Source: Candidatus Eiseniibacteriota bacterium (lineage in GTDB: Bacteria > Eisenbacteria > RBG-16-71-46 > CAVPCR01). Taken from it: a stretch of DNA of 64,000 nt. This document shows, in pieces, positions 8,487 to 18,771 of this stretch. Within the stretch, counting starts at the first letter, position 1. The number at the start of each line of letters is the position of its first letter. The position numbers and the translations under genes were made by a program. Below the pieces are notes generated by a model. That model did no database searches. It was not told the origin of the DNA and was given only the letters and a program-made list of their open reading frames with translations. The DNA is taken from positions 640,001-704,000 of the forward strand of contig CAWGMA010000003.1 of NCBI GenBank assembly GCA_963823555.1, in the 5' to 3' direction.

Positions 8487-10106
8487 TTGAAAACGATATT
8501 TCTAACGGTCCTCGCATGCGCTTGCTTTGCCATCAATGCCGCAGCACAGGACTACGATGTCGTGATCAACAACGGCAGGGTCATAGACCCGGAAACCATG
8601 TATGACGATGTGGCCAATGTCGGTATCAAGGACGGCCGTATTGCCACGATTACCAAAGAGAAGATTACTGGTAGCGAAACCATCAATGCGAAAGGCATGG
8701 TGGTGGCGCCCGGTTTCATCGACACCCATTTCCACTTTCAAATGCCGGTCGGCTATTCCCTCGGGTTGCGCGATGGCTTGACCAGCAGCATGGATTTCGA
8801 GATGGGCTGTGCGGGATCCTATATCGACGACTGGTATAAAGCGCGCACCGGTGTGACCCAGGCCAACTATGGAATCGCGGTCAGTCACGAGTTTGCCCGC
8901 GCGATGTTCATCGACGGTTCAGACGGCGCCGATTACCTGGTAAACGGCCCCATAGCCGCTTACACAACCCGGGCGAAAACAGGCTGGAGCCAAACACGTC
9001 CAACCCTGGAACAGGGTAACGCAATTCTCCAAGAGATTGACAAGGGCCTACAGGCTGGTGCCGTGGGAATCGGCAGCACCGTGGGCTACATGAGAGAGGG
9101 CGTCTCTTCACGCGAGATGTTCGAAGTGCAGAAAGTCGGCGCACGGTATGGCCGACCGACCGGCGCACATACACGCTATACGCTCGGCAACGACACGCAA
9201 GAGAATAACGGCGCGCAGGAACTCATTGCCAACGCCGTGGCTCTTGGCGCCCCGGCGATCGTCGAGCACTTCAACAACCCTGGTTGGCGCCTAGCACACG
9301 AAATGGTTATTGGGCTTCAGGAACAGGGCCACAACATCTGGGGTGAAGTCTATCCCTACGCCGCGGGTTCCACCACGATCAATGCTTCGTTCCTGGTGCC
9401 TGAGATCTGGATCGACGTAATGGGTAAACGCTATGAAGATACCATGCTGGATCCGGTCACGGGTGAGTACTATACCTTGGAGACCTACAAGGCCACCGTC
9501 GCATCCGAACCGACCAGGCCGATCGTCATATTCAAGATGCCCGCCGAAGACCAGGCGAAGTGGCTGACGCTGAAGGGCGTGACCATGGCCAGCGATGCGG
9601 TTGGTGCCAAGCCGTACGACGCCCCGTGGGATTACCCGATGGAAAAGCTGGGCGGCACCCATCCGCGGACGGCTGGCGCCCGAGGTGCTACGATTCGCCT
9701 AGGTCGGGAAAACAACATCCCGATGATGCAGCTGATGTCGATCCTCAGCTACAACGCAGCCAAGCATATGGGCGATACGGGGCTGAAGTTCATGCAAGAG
9801 CGCGGCCGCATCCAGACCGGCATGGTTGCCGATATCGTCGTCTTTGACCCCGAAACCTTCACGGACAATTCAACCTACGAAAATGGCGCTATCCCTTCAA
9901 CGGGCATGAAGGCCGTGGTCGTCAACGGTCAGATCGTTGTGCGCGACGATGTGCAGCTTCCTGTCTTCCCCGGTCAGCCGATCCGGTTTGAACCCGAAGA
10001 CAGGCCGCGCTTCGTGCCGATCTCGGAAGAGGCATGGAACGCCGAATTCTCGACCGGTATGCCTAGTGAATTCACGGGCGCCTTCCCTGTGGACGGCGAA
10101 CACTGA
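8487..10106 (+). CDS. Secreted amidohydrolase, N-acyl-D-amino-acid deacylase-like
   Basis: GGAGG RBS with TTG start, signal peptide, APGFIDTHFH, YPYAAGST, ASD, HPR, ADIVVFDP. Confidence 0.88.
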   Translation: MKTIFLTVLACACFAINAAAQDYDVVINNGRVIDPETMYDDVANVGIKDGRIATITKEKITGSETINAKGMVVAPGFIDTHFHFQMPVGYSLGLRDGLTSSMDFEMGCAGSYIDDWYKARTGVTQANYGIAVSHEFARAMFIDGSDGADYLVNGPIAAYTTRAKTGWSQTRPTLEQGNAILQEIDKGLQAGAVGIGSTVGYMREGVSSREMFEVQKVGARYGRPTGAHTRYTLGNDTQENNGAQELIANAVALGAPAIVEHFNNPGWRLAHEMVIGLQEQGHNIWGEVYPYAAGSTTINASFLVPEIWIDVMGKRYEDTMLDPVTGEYYTLETYKATVASEPTRPIVIFKMPAEDQAKWLTLKGVTMASDAVGAKPYDAPWDYPMEKLGGTHPRTAGARGATIRLGRENNIPMMQLMSILSYNAAKHMGDTGLKFMQERGRIQTGMVADIVVFDPETFTDNSTYENGAIPSTGMKAVVVNGQIVVRDDVQLPVFPGQPIRFEPEDRPRFVPISEEAWNAEFSTGMPSEFTGAFPVDGEH

Positions 10107-10184
10107 TCGTGACATTCCCGGCCGACGGGGCGAAGAAAGTGGCATCAGGGAGTAACTCTATTTTTGAAGGCTCAGGAGCAACAT

Positions 10185-11084
10185 ATGCAAGCGAAATCCA
10201 ATCTTAGCCATCTGATCACAATCTGTGTCTTCTCTGCTTTGAGTGTTACCGCTCTTGCTCAAGACCAGGCAGAAGAGAGTATCGAGCTAAGCACCACACC
10301 CTTGATAAAGCAGGCGGCGACAGCCGACGACATTGCCAGGGAGTTGGCGAATCCGAACACTGTGCTTGGGTCATTGAACTTCAATTTCGACTACTTTACG
10401 TATAAAGGTGACCTGCCGGGTGCATCTGATCAGAGCGCAACTCGCCTGACCTTTCAACCCGTCTTGCCCTATCCGATCAGCAAGGGTACCAACTTTTACC
10501 TGCGGCCCGCAGTGCCGATTGTGATTGCGCAAGACGTGCCGGCAATAGGCGGATTCAAGAATAAAGGTGTCGAACTTGGGGATATTTCTTTTGATGCCGC
10601 GTTGGGCAAAAGTCTTCCAGGTGGCTATGTTGTGGTCGGTGGTGTTGTGGGTACCTTGCCCACGGCAACAGACGACGCACTGGGGCTGGACCAGTGGTTG
10701 CTGGGCCCTGAGGTCGCTTTTGCAAAGGTTTTCAAATGGGGTGTGCTCGGACTGCTCGTCTCGCATCAGTGGGACGTCGCTGGCGAGGACAGTTTTTCAA
10801 CGAGTATTACCGGTGGACAGTATTTCTACACGTATAACCTCAGCAATGGCTGGCAAATCAGTTCGTCACCAACCTTTTCTTACAACCACGAGGCGGACAG
10901 TGGACAGCGCTGGACGGTTCCGGTTGGTTTCGGTGTGTCCAAGACCACAATCCTTGGTGGCCAGCCCTGGAAGTTCGGTCTCCAATACTGGCAATACGTC
11001 AAGCAGGCGGATGCTTTCGGGCAGGATTGGGAGGTGCGTTTCACCGTAACCCCGGTAGTCTCCTTGCCATGGGGTAAGAATTAG
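10185..11084 (+). CDS. Putative outer-membrane beta-barrel protein
   Basis: AGGAG RBS, signal peptide, ARELANP, alternating aromatic beta-strand pattern. Confidence 0.7.
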   Translation: MQAKSNLSHLITICVFSALSVTALAQDQAEESIELSTTPLIKQAATADDIARELANPNTVLGSLNFNFDYFTYKGDLPGASDQSATRLTFQPVLPYPISKGTNFYLRPAVPIVIAQDVPAIGGFKNKGVELGDISFDAALGKSLPGGYVVVGGVVGTLPTATDDALGLDQWLLGPEVAFAKVFKWGVLGLLVSHQWDVAGEDSFSTSITGGQYFYTYNLSNGWQISSSPTFSYNHEADSGQRWTVPVGFGVSKTTILGGQPWKFGLQYWQYVKQADAFGQDWEVRFTVTPVVSLPWGKN

Positions 11085-11222
11085 CAGTGGCCAATGCCTG
11101 GACAGAAGGAAAGCGAAAAGATGCAGTTGATTAGAAATGTTTGTTCAGGACCTGGCAGCAAATCCTTGCCGCCGATGAAACTTTCCCGGCCATGTATCTG
11201 GCCTTTGGATTGGAGGATAGAA

Positions 11223-12846
11223 ATGAAACGACTAACGGCGCTTTTGCGCGTATTGGTACCTACCCTGGTTTTGGCCACATCGGCATTGGCCGCCGATTAC
11301 GATGTCGTGATCAACAACGGCCGGGTCATGGACCCCGAGACCAACTTTGATGGCGTGCGCAATGTGGGGATCAAGGATGGCAAAATTGTTGTGATCACCG
11401 AGGACGCGATCAAGGGTAAGGAGACCATCGACGCCAGGGGTCACGTCGTAGCCCCGGGCTTTATTGATGGGCACCAGCACGCGACTGACCCGTTCAGTCG
11501 CAAGGTGAATTTGCGTGATGGCTTGACCACCGGGATGGACTTCGAAGCAGGCGCCGGTGATATCGCTAAATGGTATGCAGAGGCCGAGGGTAAAACCCAG
11601 AGCCAACTACGGTATGGTCGTGCTCGCAACTCTTGCCCGTGTAGCGGTGCTGGACGGTCCTGAAATAGCGGCTGGTGCTAATGACATGGGCGGCCTGTTC
11701 CCTATGGTGGGTGCCGCCGCCGCAAAGGCTGAGAAAGAAGGACGCAAGCCAGGCTGGACTGCCACCTTGCCCAATAAAGAGCAGATGACCAAGATCATGA
11801 GTATCGTCGATGAAGGCCTTCGCCAAGGCGCCTTGGGCGTGGGCATTCCAGTCGGCTATATGACCACGGGCGTGACCCAGTACGAATTGTATAAATACCA
11901 GGAGTTGGCATCAAAATACGGTCGTGTTTCGAATGCGCATGTACGCTTTGCGGGTGTCAGACCTCCCACCGAGGGACAATTGGGTGTTCAGGAAATGCTG
12001 GCCAATGCCATGGTTTTGGATGCACCTTTCCTGGCTTCACACCTGAACAGCAACATGGACTGGGAGTACACGATCCCGCTCATCAACGACGCAAGAGAAA
12101 AACGCGGGGCCAAAGTATGGGGTGAGGTTTACCCGTATGCGGCCGGCTCTACCGTTGCTTCGACAGATATTCTCACAGAGTCGAGCATGGCTCAGATGAA
12201 TATAACCTATTCGAACGTCGCCAACCTTGACGGCACGCGTTGGGACAAGGCGATGTATGAGGACGTTCGCAAGAATGATCCGGGCAGAACGATTTTGATT
12301 TTCAACAACTCCCCTGAGGACATCGCTAAATGGATGGCTCAGCCGGGAGTTGTCGTCGTCTCAGACGGCATGGCTATCCAGGATGAAAAAGGCGAATACT
12401 ACCCTTGGGATTCACCTTATGAAGGCAAGTCAATCCACCCGCGTAGCGCAGGTACCCGCGCCAAGGTGCTGCGCATGGTGCGTGAAGATAAGAACATGCC
12501 TTTGATGGAAGCCATTTCCAAGATGAGCTACCTGCACGCCAAGTATTTTGACGAGTTGGGCGGCATCAGCCAGTTCAGGACCAAGGGACGGGTGCAGGTG
12601 GGTGCTGACGCCGACATCGTCGTCTTCAACCCGGATACGGTCACTGACAACAGCACTTACAAGCCCGGCGAGGGAGCGCTGCCCTCTACCGGCATACCCT
12701 TTGTGTTGGTGAACGGTGTGGTGGTCGTCAAGGATTCCAAAGTTCAGAAGGTCTTTCCGGGTAAACCGATTCGCTTCCCGGTACTGCCCACCGGCCGCCT
12801 GGACCAGATATCGATCGAACCCAGGGAGTTTGATCCCAACCAGTGA
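11223..12846 (+). pseudogene. Second D-aminoacylase-like amidohydrolase with a single frameshift (~11600), possibly a sequencing error
   Basis: The N-terminal part (DYDVVINNGRV, IDGHQH) and C-terminal part (NYG..., YPYAAGST, HPR) are in different frames. Collinear with 8487-10106. Confidence 0.8.
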
Positions 12847-12897
12847 GCAGCGTATTCGAGACAGCAGAGTTCCAAGCTGATGCAAAGGCCTGCCGCG

Positions 12898-13020
12898 ATG
12901 GCCGAAGAGGACCGGCTGGTGGGCGTGCAGCAGTTCGGTCAAATGTTCGTGGTCGCCATGATCATCGTCGCTGGTGTCATGGTCGGCTACACCATCGTTC
13001 GTCCTAAACAGGGCGTGTGA
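12898..13020 (+). CDS. Small single-TM peptide or membrane-protein remnant (40 aa)
   Basis: MAEEDRLVGVQQFGQMFVVAMIIVAGVMVGYTIVRPKQGV*, with a paralogous stretch at 14371-14448. Confidence 0.4.
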   Translation: MAEEDRLVGVQQFGQMFVVAMIIVAGVMVGYTIVRPKQGV

Positions 13021-13075
13021 ACCCGCAAGCAGTGCGCTGCGGACGAGTTCCGTCGGACGCCAGGAGGAAAGACAA

Positions 13076-14335
13076 GTGAGGGTGATTCGATCAGTTCTGC
13101 TTTTCGTATTCGTGCTGGCCCTGCCGGCTGCGGTACTCGCGGAAACGCAGACTGCGTCAACTCCAGACGACCCCCGAATCGATCCGCTGGACAACCGTTC
13201 GGTGGACATGACGGGCGACGACCTGGCGGTTGATTCCTTCGATCACTCCTGGCCGCTGGCTGGGTCTCGCGCCCGCATGGCGATTCGCGGATACGTCAAG
13301 CTCGACTACATCCAGGACTTCGACGGGGCCTATGATCGGTTCCAGTTTCTGGTGGCGGCCATCCCGGTCTCCGGCGACGGCCGACCGGAGCAGTCGGGCT
13401 ACATGAACATGTTCGCCCGGGAAAGCCGGATCAATTTCGACATCCGGTCGTTCACCGAGAACGGTACTCCGCTGCAGGTCTTTCTGGAGATCGATTTCTG
13501 GAACCTGGGGGACACGCCGTTCTACGCCACACCGCGGCTCCGGCACTTCTATGGAGTGTTCGGCCCCTTGCTGGCAGGGCGTACCTGGGGCACGCTGACC
13601 GACGTCTATTCCCTGGCTACGACTATCGACTTCGCGGTGGGCGACGCAATCTCGGGAGCACGTCGTCCCCAGATCCGTTACGAGCACCCGCTCGCCAACG
13701 GGTTCAAAGCCGCCGTCGCCCTGGAGATGCTCGAGTTCACGGACATCGACAACGTCGACGATCAGCCAGGTCAGGGGAGCCAGCAGTTCCCGTTGCTGGC
13801 GGCCCGCATTACGCGCGCCACGAACCGGGGGCGGGCCATGCTGGGTGCGTCGGTGTACCAGCTACGGTGGGACGGGTACGGGACGGACCCCGATGCAACG
13901 TCGGTGGCCTTCGGTGCGCTCTGCAGCGGCCGCCTGGGCCTGGGGCAGCGGGACTACTTCGTGTGGAACACATCGGCGGGGAACGGCTGGGCCAGCAACA
14001 TCGCGACCGAGATCGGATCGGGATCCGCCGCGGTCCTGATGCCCGAAGGCACGCTCGATCTCCTGTTCTCGTGGAACGCGCAGGTGGGTGTCTCGCACTA
14101 TCTGTCCGAGTTGTTGGCGTTGAACCTGTCGGTGGCGTGGGCCTCCGTGGAGAAGTCGGACCTCAGGTCCCAATACAGCCTCCGGGAGGGCGGTACGGCG
14201 CACGCCAATGTGATCTGGTCACCATTCAAGTCGGTGAACACCGGCGTGGAGTACATTTTCGGCCTGCATCGCAACTACGACGGATCCGATGGCAGTGCAA
14301 ACCGCGTCCAGGGGATGATCAAGTTCATCTTCTGA
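13076..14335 (+). CDS. DcaP-family outer-membrane porin
   Basis: AGGAGG RBS, signal peptide, GYVKLDYIQD, ARESR, PRLRHFYG, LAGRTWGT, terminal KFIF. Confidence 0.85.
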   Translation: MRVIRSVLLFVFVLALPAAVLAETQTASTPDDPRIDPLDNRSVDMTGDDLAVDSFDHSWPLAGSRARMAIRGYVKLDYIQDFDGAYDRFQFLVAAIPVSGDGRPEQSGYMNMFARESRINFDIRSFTENGTPLQVFLEIDFWNLGDTPFYATPRLRHFYGVFGPLLAGRTWGTLTDVYSLATTIDFAVGDAISGARRPQIRYEHPLANGFKAAVALEMLEFTDIDNVDDQPGQGSQQFPLLAARITRATNRGRAMLGASVYQLRWDGYGTDPDATSVAFGALCSGRLGLGQRDYFVWNTSAGNGWASNIATEIGSGSAAVLMPEGTLDLLFSWNAQVGVSHYLSELLALNLSVAWASVEKSDLRSQYSLREGGTAHANVIWSPFKSVNTGVEYIFGLHRNYDGSDGSANRVQGMIKFIF

Positions 14336-14451
14336 TGCGATGACGGAATGATTGACCAGAAATCCGTCGGGCCGCGATGGCCGAAGGGGACCTGCTGGTG
14401 GGAGCACAGCAGTTTGGTCAAATGTTCGTGGTTGCCCTGACCATCGTCATC

Positions 14452-15838
14452 TGTCCGTCCCGAAAACTCCGTATCGCAGGTCCGTTGCACATTTGGGGGG
14501 CCTGATCGACCCAGGGAATGCTGGTTGGCAGCATGATCGTGGTGGGATCCGAAGAACGCGAGTGCTGGGAGTCGCTGCGTGTCGCGCGTTCAGGACGCGC
14601 TTGACCAGCGGCGGCAAGCGAAGTGCAGGCGTGATGGACAGGCGATGGCGGCGGCTACGCGGCGCGCCGCTCGTAGTGGTGATGTAACCCGCCCACCTCC
14701 GGGATCTCGACCACTGCCCCCAAGGCCTGGACAGCTCGCCCCTCCGGAGCGTCCATGTCGAGTGCCTGGTGCGTGCGCCAGCCGTGGTAGTAGCGGAAGT
14801 AGCTCCGGAGAATGCCTATCAGGTGCCGTTTGTTCATCACGATGACGTGGTCGAGGCACTCGCGGCGGATGGTGCCGATCAGCCGCTCGACGTACGGGTT
14901 CTGCCAGGGACTACGCGGCGCGGTAATGATCTGCTCCATCCCCAAACCACGAACTCGCCGTTGAAAGTCTTCGCCGTAGATGTGATCGCGGTCGCGGAGA
15001 AGATAGCGTGTCGGGTGGACGTAGGGGAAAACCTCAACAACCTGCTGGCCGGTCCATCGTGCTGAGGGAGTGGCGGTGACATGGAAGTGAAGAACCCGGC
15101 GCCGATCGTGCGCGAGGATGAGGAAGACGAAGAGCACCTGGAACTTGACCGTCGGCACGACGAAGAAGTCAGTCGAGATCATGTCCGCAGCGTGAGTGCG
15201 AAGGAAGGTCATCCAGGTGGGGGAGGCAGGTCCCCGGCGGCGAACCATGTACTTCTCGACCGTCGACTTGGGGATCTCGATGCCGATCTTGGCGAGTTCA
15301 CCGACGATCTTCGGGGCTCCCCACAGCGGATTGGCCGCCGATAGCCGCCGAATGAGAGCGCGTACTTCCTTTGCTACCGGGGGTCGTCCGGGCTTGCCCA
15401 GACCGGCAGAGCCGCGTCCAGTGGTCGCGGAATCGACGGCGTTGCCAGGCGATGACCGTTCTTGGCTTCACGATGACGAGCCCTTCCCGCCAAGCCGGCC
15501 AGAACCGGGCGAGCCAGGCCCAGAGGAGGCGGTCGGCGGGTTTGAGTCGCGGCCGCTTCACGGATCGCTGGCAGACGGCGAGTTGGTGCCGGAGGGCGAG
15601 GATCTCGATTTGCATCGAGGCCCGGGAGCGAAGGCCGGCGCCGAGGAACGCGAAGAGGGCCACGAAGATAGGGGGCATGAGGCGAGCGATCCGTCCAAGG
15701 TCTGCGGGGAGGGCGGGTAGCCTACAACGCCGGCAGGCAGCGATCGAGCCGGGGTGTCCCTGCGGGAAGGCGCCTGACGGCGAGGTCGATCGGGCGTATG
15801 CTTGAAGGAGGCTGGCAACGGGGTTTTCGGGAGGCACA
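14452..15838 (-). mobile_element. IS481-like element (TGT...ACA ends)
   Basis: IRs TGTCCGTCCCGAAAACTCCGT and TGTGCCTCCCGAAAACCCCGT bracket an integrase-core gene. The family assignment is tentative. Confidence 0.8.
14655..15678 (-). pseudogene. Integrase-core (rve) transposase, frameshift at ~15400
   Basis: EILALRHQL N-terminus in one frame, and TDFF, LLRDRD, SPWQNPYVER, GGLHHHY in another. Confidence 0.85.
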
Positions 15839-15887
15839 AATGATCTCCTGATCAGCGAAATGAACATCCTGGCGGGTGACTGCTGAA

Positions 15888-17096
15888 ATGTGCAGCAGCT
15901 ACAAAGTTGCGATGGCCATGGCTTCTTTGGTGGTCGCCGGCGCCGCCCAGGGCAGCACCTGGACTGTCCCCGATGAATTCGTGACCATCCAGGCGGCCGT
16001 GGACTTCGCCGCAAGCGGCGATACGGTGCTCGTTCGCCCCGGAACCTACGTCGAGACCGTTCTTCTCCTCGGCAAGTCGCTGCGGATCGCTTCCCTGGCG
16101 GGTCCCGCCACGACGATCATCGACGGCAGCGCCCCGACGCGACCGGACACGCTAAGTGTCTTGTGCGCGATCGGCCCACTCGAGCTTGATCTCGAGGGCT
16201 TCACCATCCGCAACGGCCTGGAAGGAACGACGATCGAGGGTGGTGGCGGCGACTCCGGGGGAGGAATCGCTCTCTACGGCGTGGACGGCAGGCTCAAAGA
16301 CTGCGTTGTCGAGCACAACTTCTGTCCTGGCTCGGGCGGTGGCATCTACCTCGTGGGCTCCTCGGTCACGATCGCTGACTGCACCATTCGGGACAACGAG
16401 TGCTTCTCGAACGGCGGCGGTATCGACGCGGTCGTCTGCTCGCCGACGATCGAGCGGTGCATCGTGGCGAACAACGGCACCGAGTCGACCAACTCGGGTG
16501 GGGGAATCGGAGTCTACTTCGGGTCGCCGGTGATCCGTGACTGCGAGATCACCGGCAACCGCGGTCGCTCTGGATCGGGTCTCGGGTTCGAGGCCACTTC
16601 GAGCCCGACCATCACGCGATGCCTGATCGCAGGGAACAGCAACGGGGTCGACAACCAGTCCGTGGGCGGCGGCATCTCGGTCGGCGAGGGCAACGCTCGC
16701 ATCGAGCAGTGCACCATCGTTGGAAACCGGGGCTACCTGGGGGCGGGCGTCCATGCGAGCGCACCCACAAGCGCGAGGGTCACGCGGTCGATCGTTGCCT
16801 TCAACCTGGGCGGACCAGGAGTATCGTGCCCGGGCACGGTCACCTTCGAGTGCTGTGACGTGTTCGGCAACGAGGACAGCGACGACATCTGTGGAACCGA
16901 CCTCGGCAGCAACTTCTCCCTCGACCCCTTCTTCTGTGCGGACTACTCGATCGCCGAGTCCTCGCCCTGTGCGCCCGCCAACGCGCCGGTTGGGTGCGGG
17001 CTGATCGGGGCCCGCGATGTGGGCTGTACTGGGGCAATCGAAGCCAGCACCTGGGGCCGCATCAAGGCGCGATTGTCCGTCCCGAAAACTCCGTAG
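15888..17096 (+). CDS. Secreted right-handed beta-helix protein with TWG tail (last codons come from an IS end)
   Basis: VPDEFVTIQAAVDFAASGDTVLVRPGTY, GGGI repeats, SPCAPANAPVGCGLIGA, AIEASTWGRIKAR. Start codon uncertain. Confidence 0.88.
   Translation: MCSSYKVAMAMASLVVAGAAQGSTWTVPDEFVTIQAAVDFAASGDTVLVRPGTYVETVLLLGKSLRIASLAGPATTIIDGSAPTRPDTLSVLCAIGPLELDLEGFTIRNGLEGTTIEGGGGDSGGGIALYGVDGRLKDCVVEHNFCPGSGGGIYLVGSSVTIADCTIRDNECFSNGGGIDAVVCSPTIERCIVANNGTESTNSGGGIGVYFGSPVIRDCEITGNRGRSGSGLGFEATSSPTITRCLIAGNSNGVDNQSVGGGISVGEGNARIEQCTIVGNRGYLGAGVHASAPTSARVTRSIVAFNLGGPGVSCPGTVTFECCDVFGNEDSDDICGTDLGSNFSLDPFFCADYSIAESSPCAPANAPVGCGLIGARDVGCTGAIEASTWGRIKARLSVPKTP
17074..17095 (+). repeat. Isolated IS481-like end
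   Basis: TGTCCGTCCCGAAAACTCCGTA is identical to 14452-14473. Confidence 0.85.
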
Positions 17097-17391
17097 CGCG
17101 GGTGAACTAGTCCAGCGAATCTCGGCGCCGCGCTTCAGTGGTCGAAGCTGTTAATGTGGTGGATGTTATCCTGTCCTGTGAGCGGGATTTCCCGGGAGGC
17201 GCAGGATGATGTCCTTTCAAGTTTCGCAGCCTGTCGCGCTGCCGAAAGGGTGGACGCGGTACGTCCGCTCCGCCCTGCTCCAGGCCATCTCCCTGGCGGC
17301 TACGGCATGGATCCTCGCCCGGAGCCGGGCGGTCACGAGCCGCCATGAGCGGGAGCGCCTCCAAGCCGGACTCGACCGCGCGCAGACCGAG

Positions 17392-18771
17392 GGTAGTTCC
17401 CCCCGATTTCTGGACAGCTTGTTAAGGTGTACCCGCAAGCGCTACGGAGGGCAGGATGAAGCGCAAGCGGTACAGTCCCGAGCTTAAGGCCAAGGTCGCC
17501 GTCGAGGCTATCCACGGGCTGAAGACGGCCAGCGAGATCGCCCGCCGGTACCAGGTCCATCCCAACCTGGTCGGCTTGTGGAAGCGGCAGGCCCTGGAGT
17601 CGCTGCCCGCGCTGTTCTCCCGGAAGGGGGACCACAGCCACGAGGACCAGGAGCAGCTGGCCCGGGAGCTTTACCAGCGGATCGGCGAGCTCGAGATGGA
17701 ACTGGAGTGGCTCAAAAAAAACGATGGGAGCTTCCGCTCCGGGAGAAGCGGAAGATGATCGAGCTCGGCCACCCCCAGCTCTCGATCCAGCGCCAGTGCG
17801 CTTTGCTCGGGCTTCCCCGGTCGAGCTTTTACTACGAGCCGGCCGCCGAGAGCGCGTTCAACCTGGAGCTGATGCGGCGGATTGACGAGCAATACTTACG
17901 GACCCCGTTCTTCGGGAGTCCGAAGATGACGGGGTGGCTGCGGCGACAAGGCTACGCGGTCAATCCCAAGCGGATTGCGCGGCTGATGCGACTGATGGGT
18001 CTGCAGGCGATTGCCCCGGGGCCGCACACGAGCCAGAAGCACCCCGAGCACCCGATCTACCCGTATCTGCTGCACGGCTTGGCGATTGTGCGGCCGAATC
18101 AGGTCTGGGCAACCGATATCACGTACATCCGGATGGCGTACGGATTCCTCTACCTGGTGGCGATCATGGACTGGTTCAGCCGCTTCGTGCTGTCGTGGCG
18201 GTTGTCGAACACGTTGGATGTGGGCTTCTGCCTCGAGGCGTTGGAGGAAGCGCTCGGGTTCGGCCGCCCCGAGATCTTCAACTCCGATCAGGGGGCGCAG
18301 TTCACGAGCGGCGACTTCACCGGGGCGCTGAAGCAGCAAGGCATCCAGGTCAGCATGGACGGCCGCCGGCGAGCGGTGGACAACATCTTCGTCGAGCGCC
18401 TGTGGCGGTCGGTCAAGTACGAGGAGGTCTACCTCAAGGACTACCAGGACGGGAACGAGGCCTTCGCGGGCCTGGGCGCCTACTTCGGCTTCTACAACAC
18501 CGAGCGGCCGCACCAGGCTCTGAACTACCGGACGCCCCAGGAGGTTCACTGGGGATGAAAAAGGGGGGATACTACGGGTCGGGTCAACCCGAGAACGTGG
18601 CTCCTGGAGCCTCTATGGAAGTCGATTTTCCGACGGTCCCCGCGGAGGGGACGAAACCCGAGCCGACGGCGGATCCGGGCACGGTGCCCGGGCAACCCCG
18701 GCGGCTCACGCACCCCGCGGTCTACACCTTAAGAAGACCGGAAAACTGTCCAAAGGATGGGGGAAGCTGCC
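17392..18771 (+). mobile_element. IS3-family element with 3-bp target duplication (GAG)
   Basis: 26-bp imperfect IRs GGTAGTTCCCCCCGATTTCTGGACAG and GGCAGCTTCCCCCATCCTTTGGACAG. GAG at 17389-17391 and 18772-18774. Confidence 0.9.
17456..18558 (+). CDS. IS3 transposase OrfAB (programmed -1 frameshift)
   Basis: OrfA HTH at 17456-17758, A8 slippery run at 17714-17721, OrfB in the -1 frame with WATDITY, NSDQGAQF, DNIFVERLWRSVKYE. Confidence 0.92.

Noticed and set aside
17700..17760. IS3 transposase as a pseudogene
   Set aside because: The A8 run and -1 OrfA/OrfB overlap are the normal IS3 programmed frameshift.
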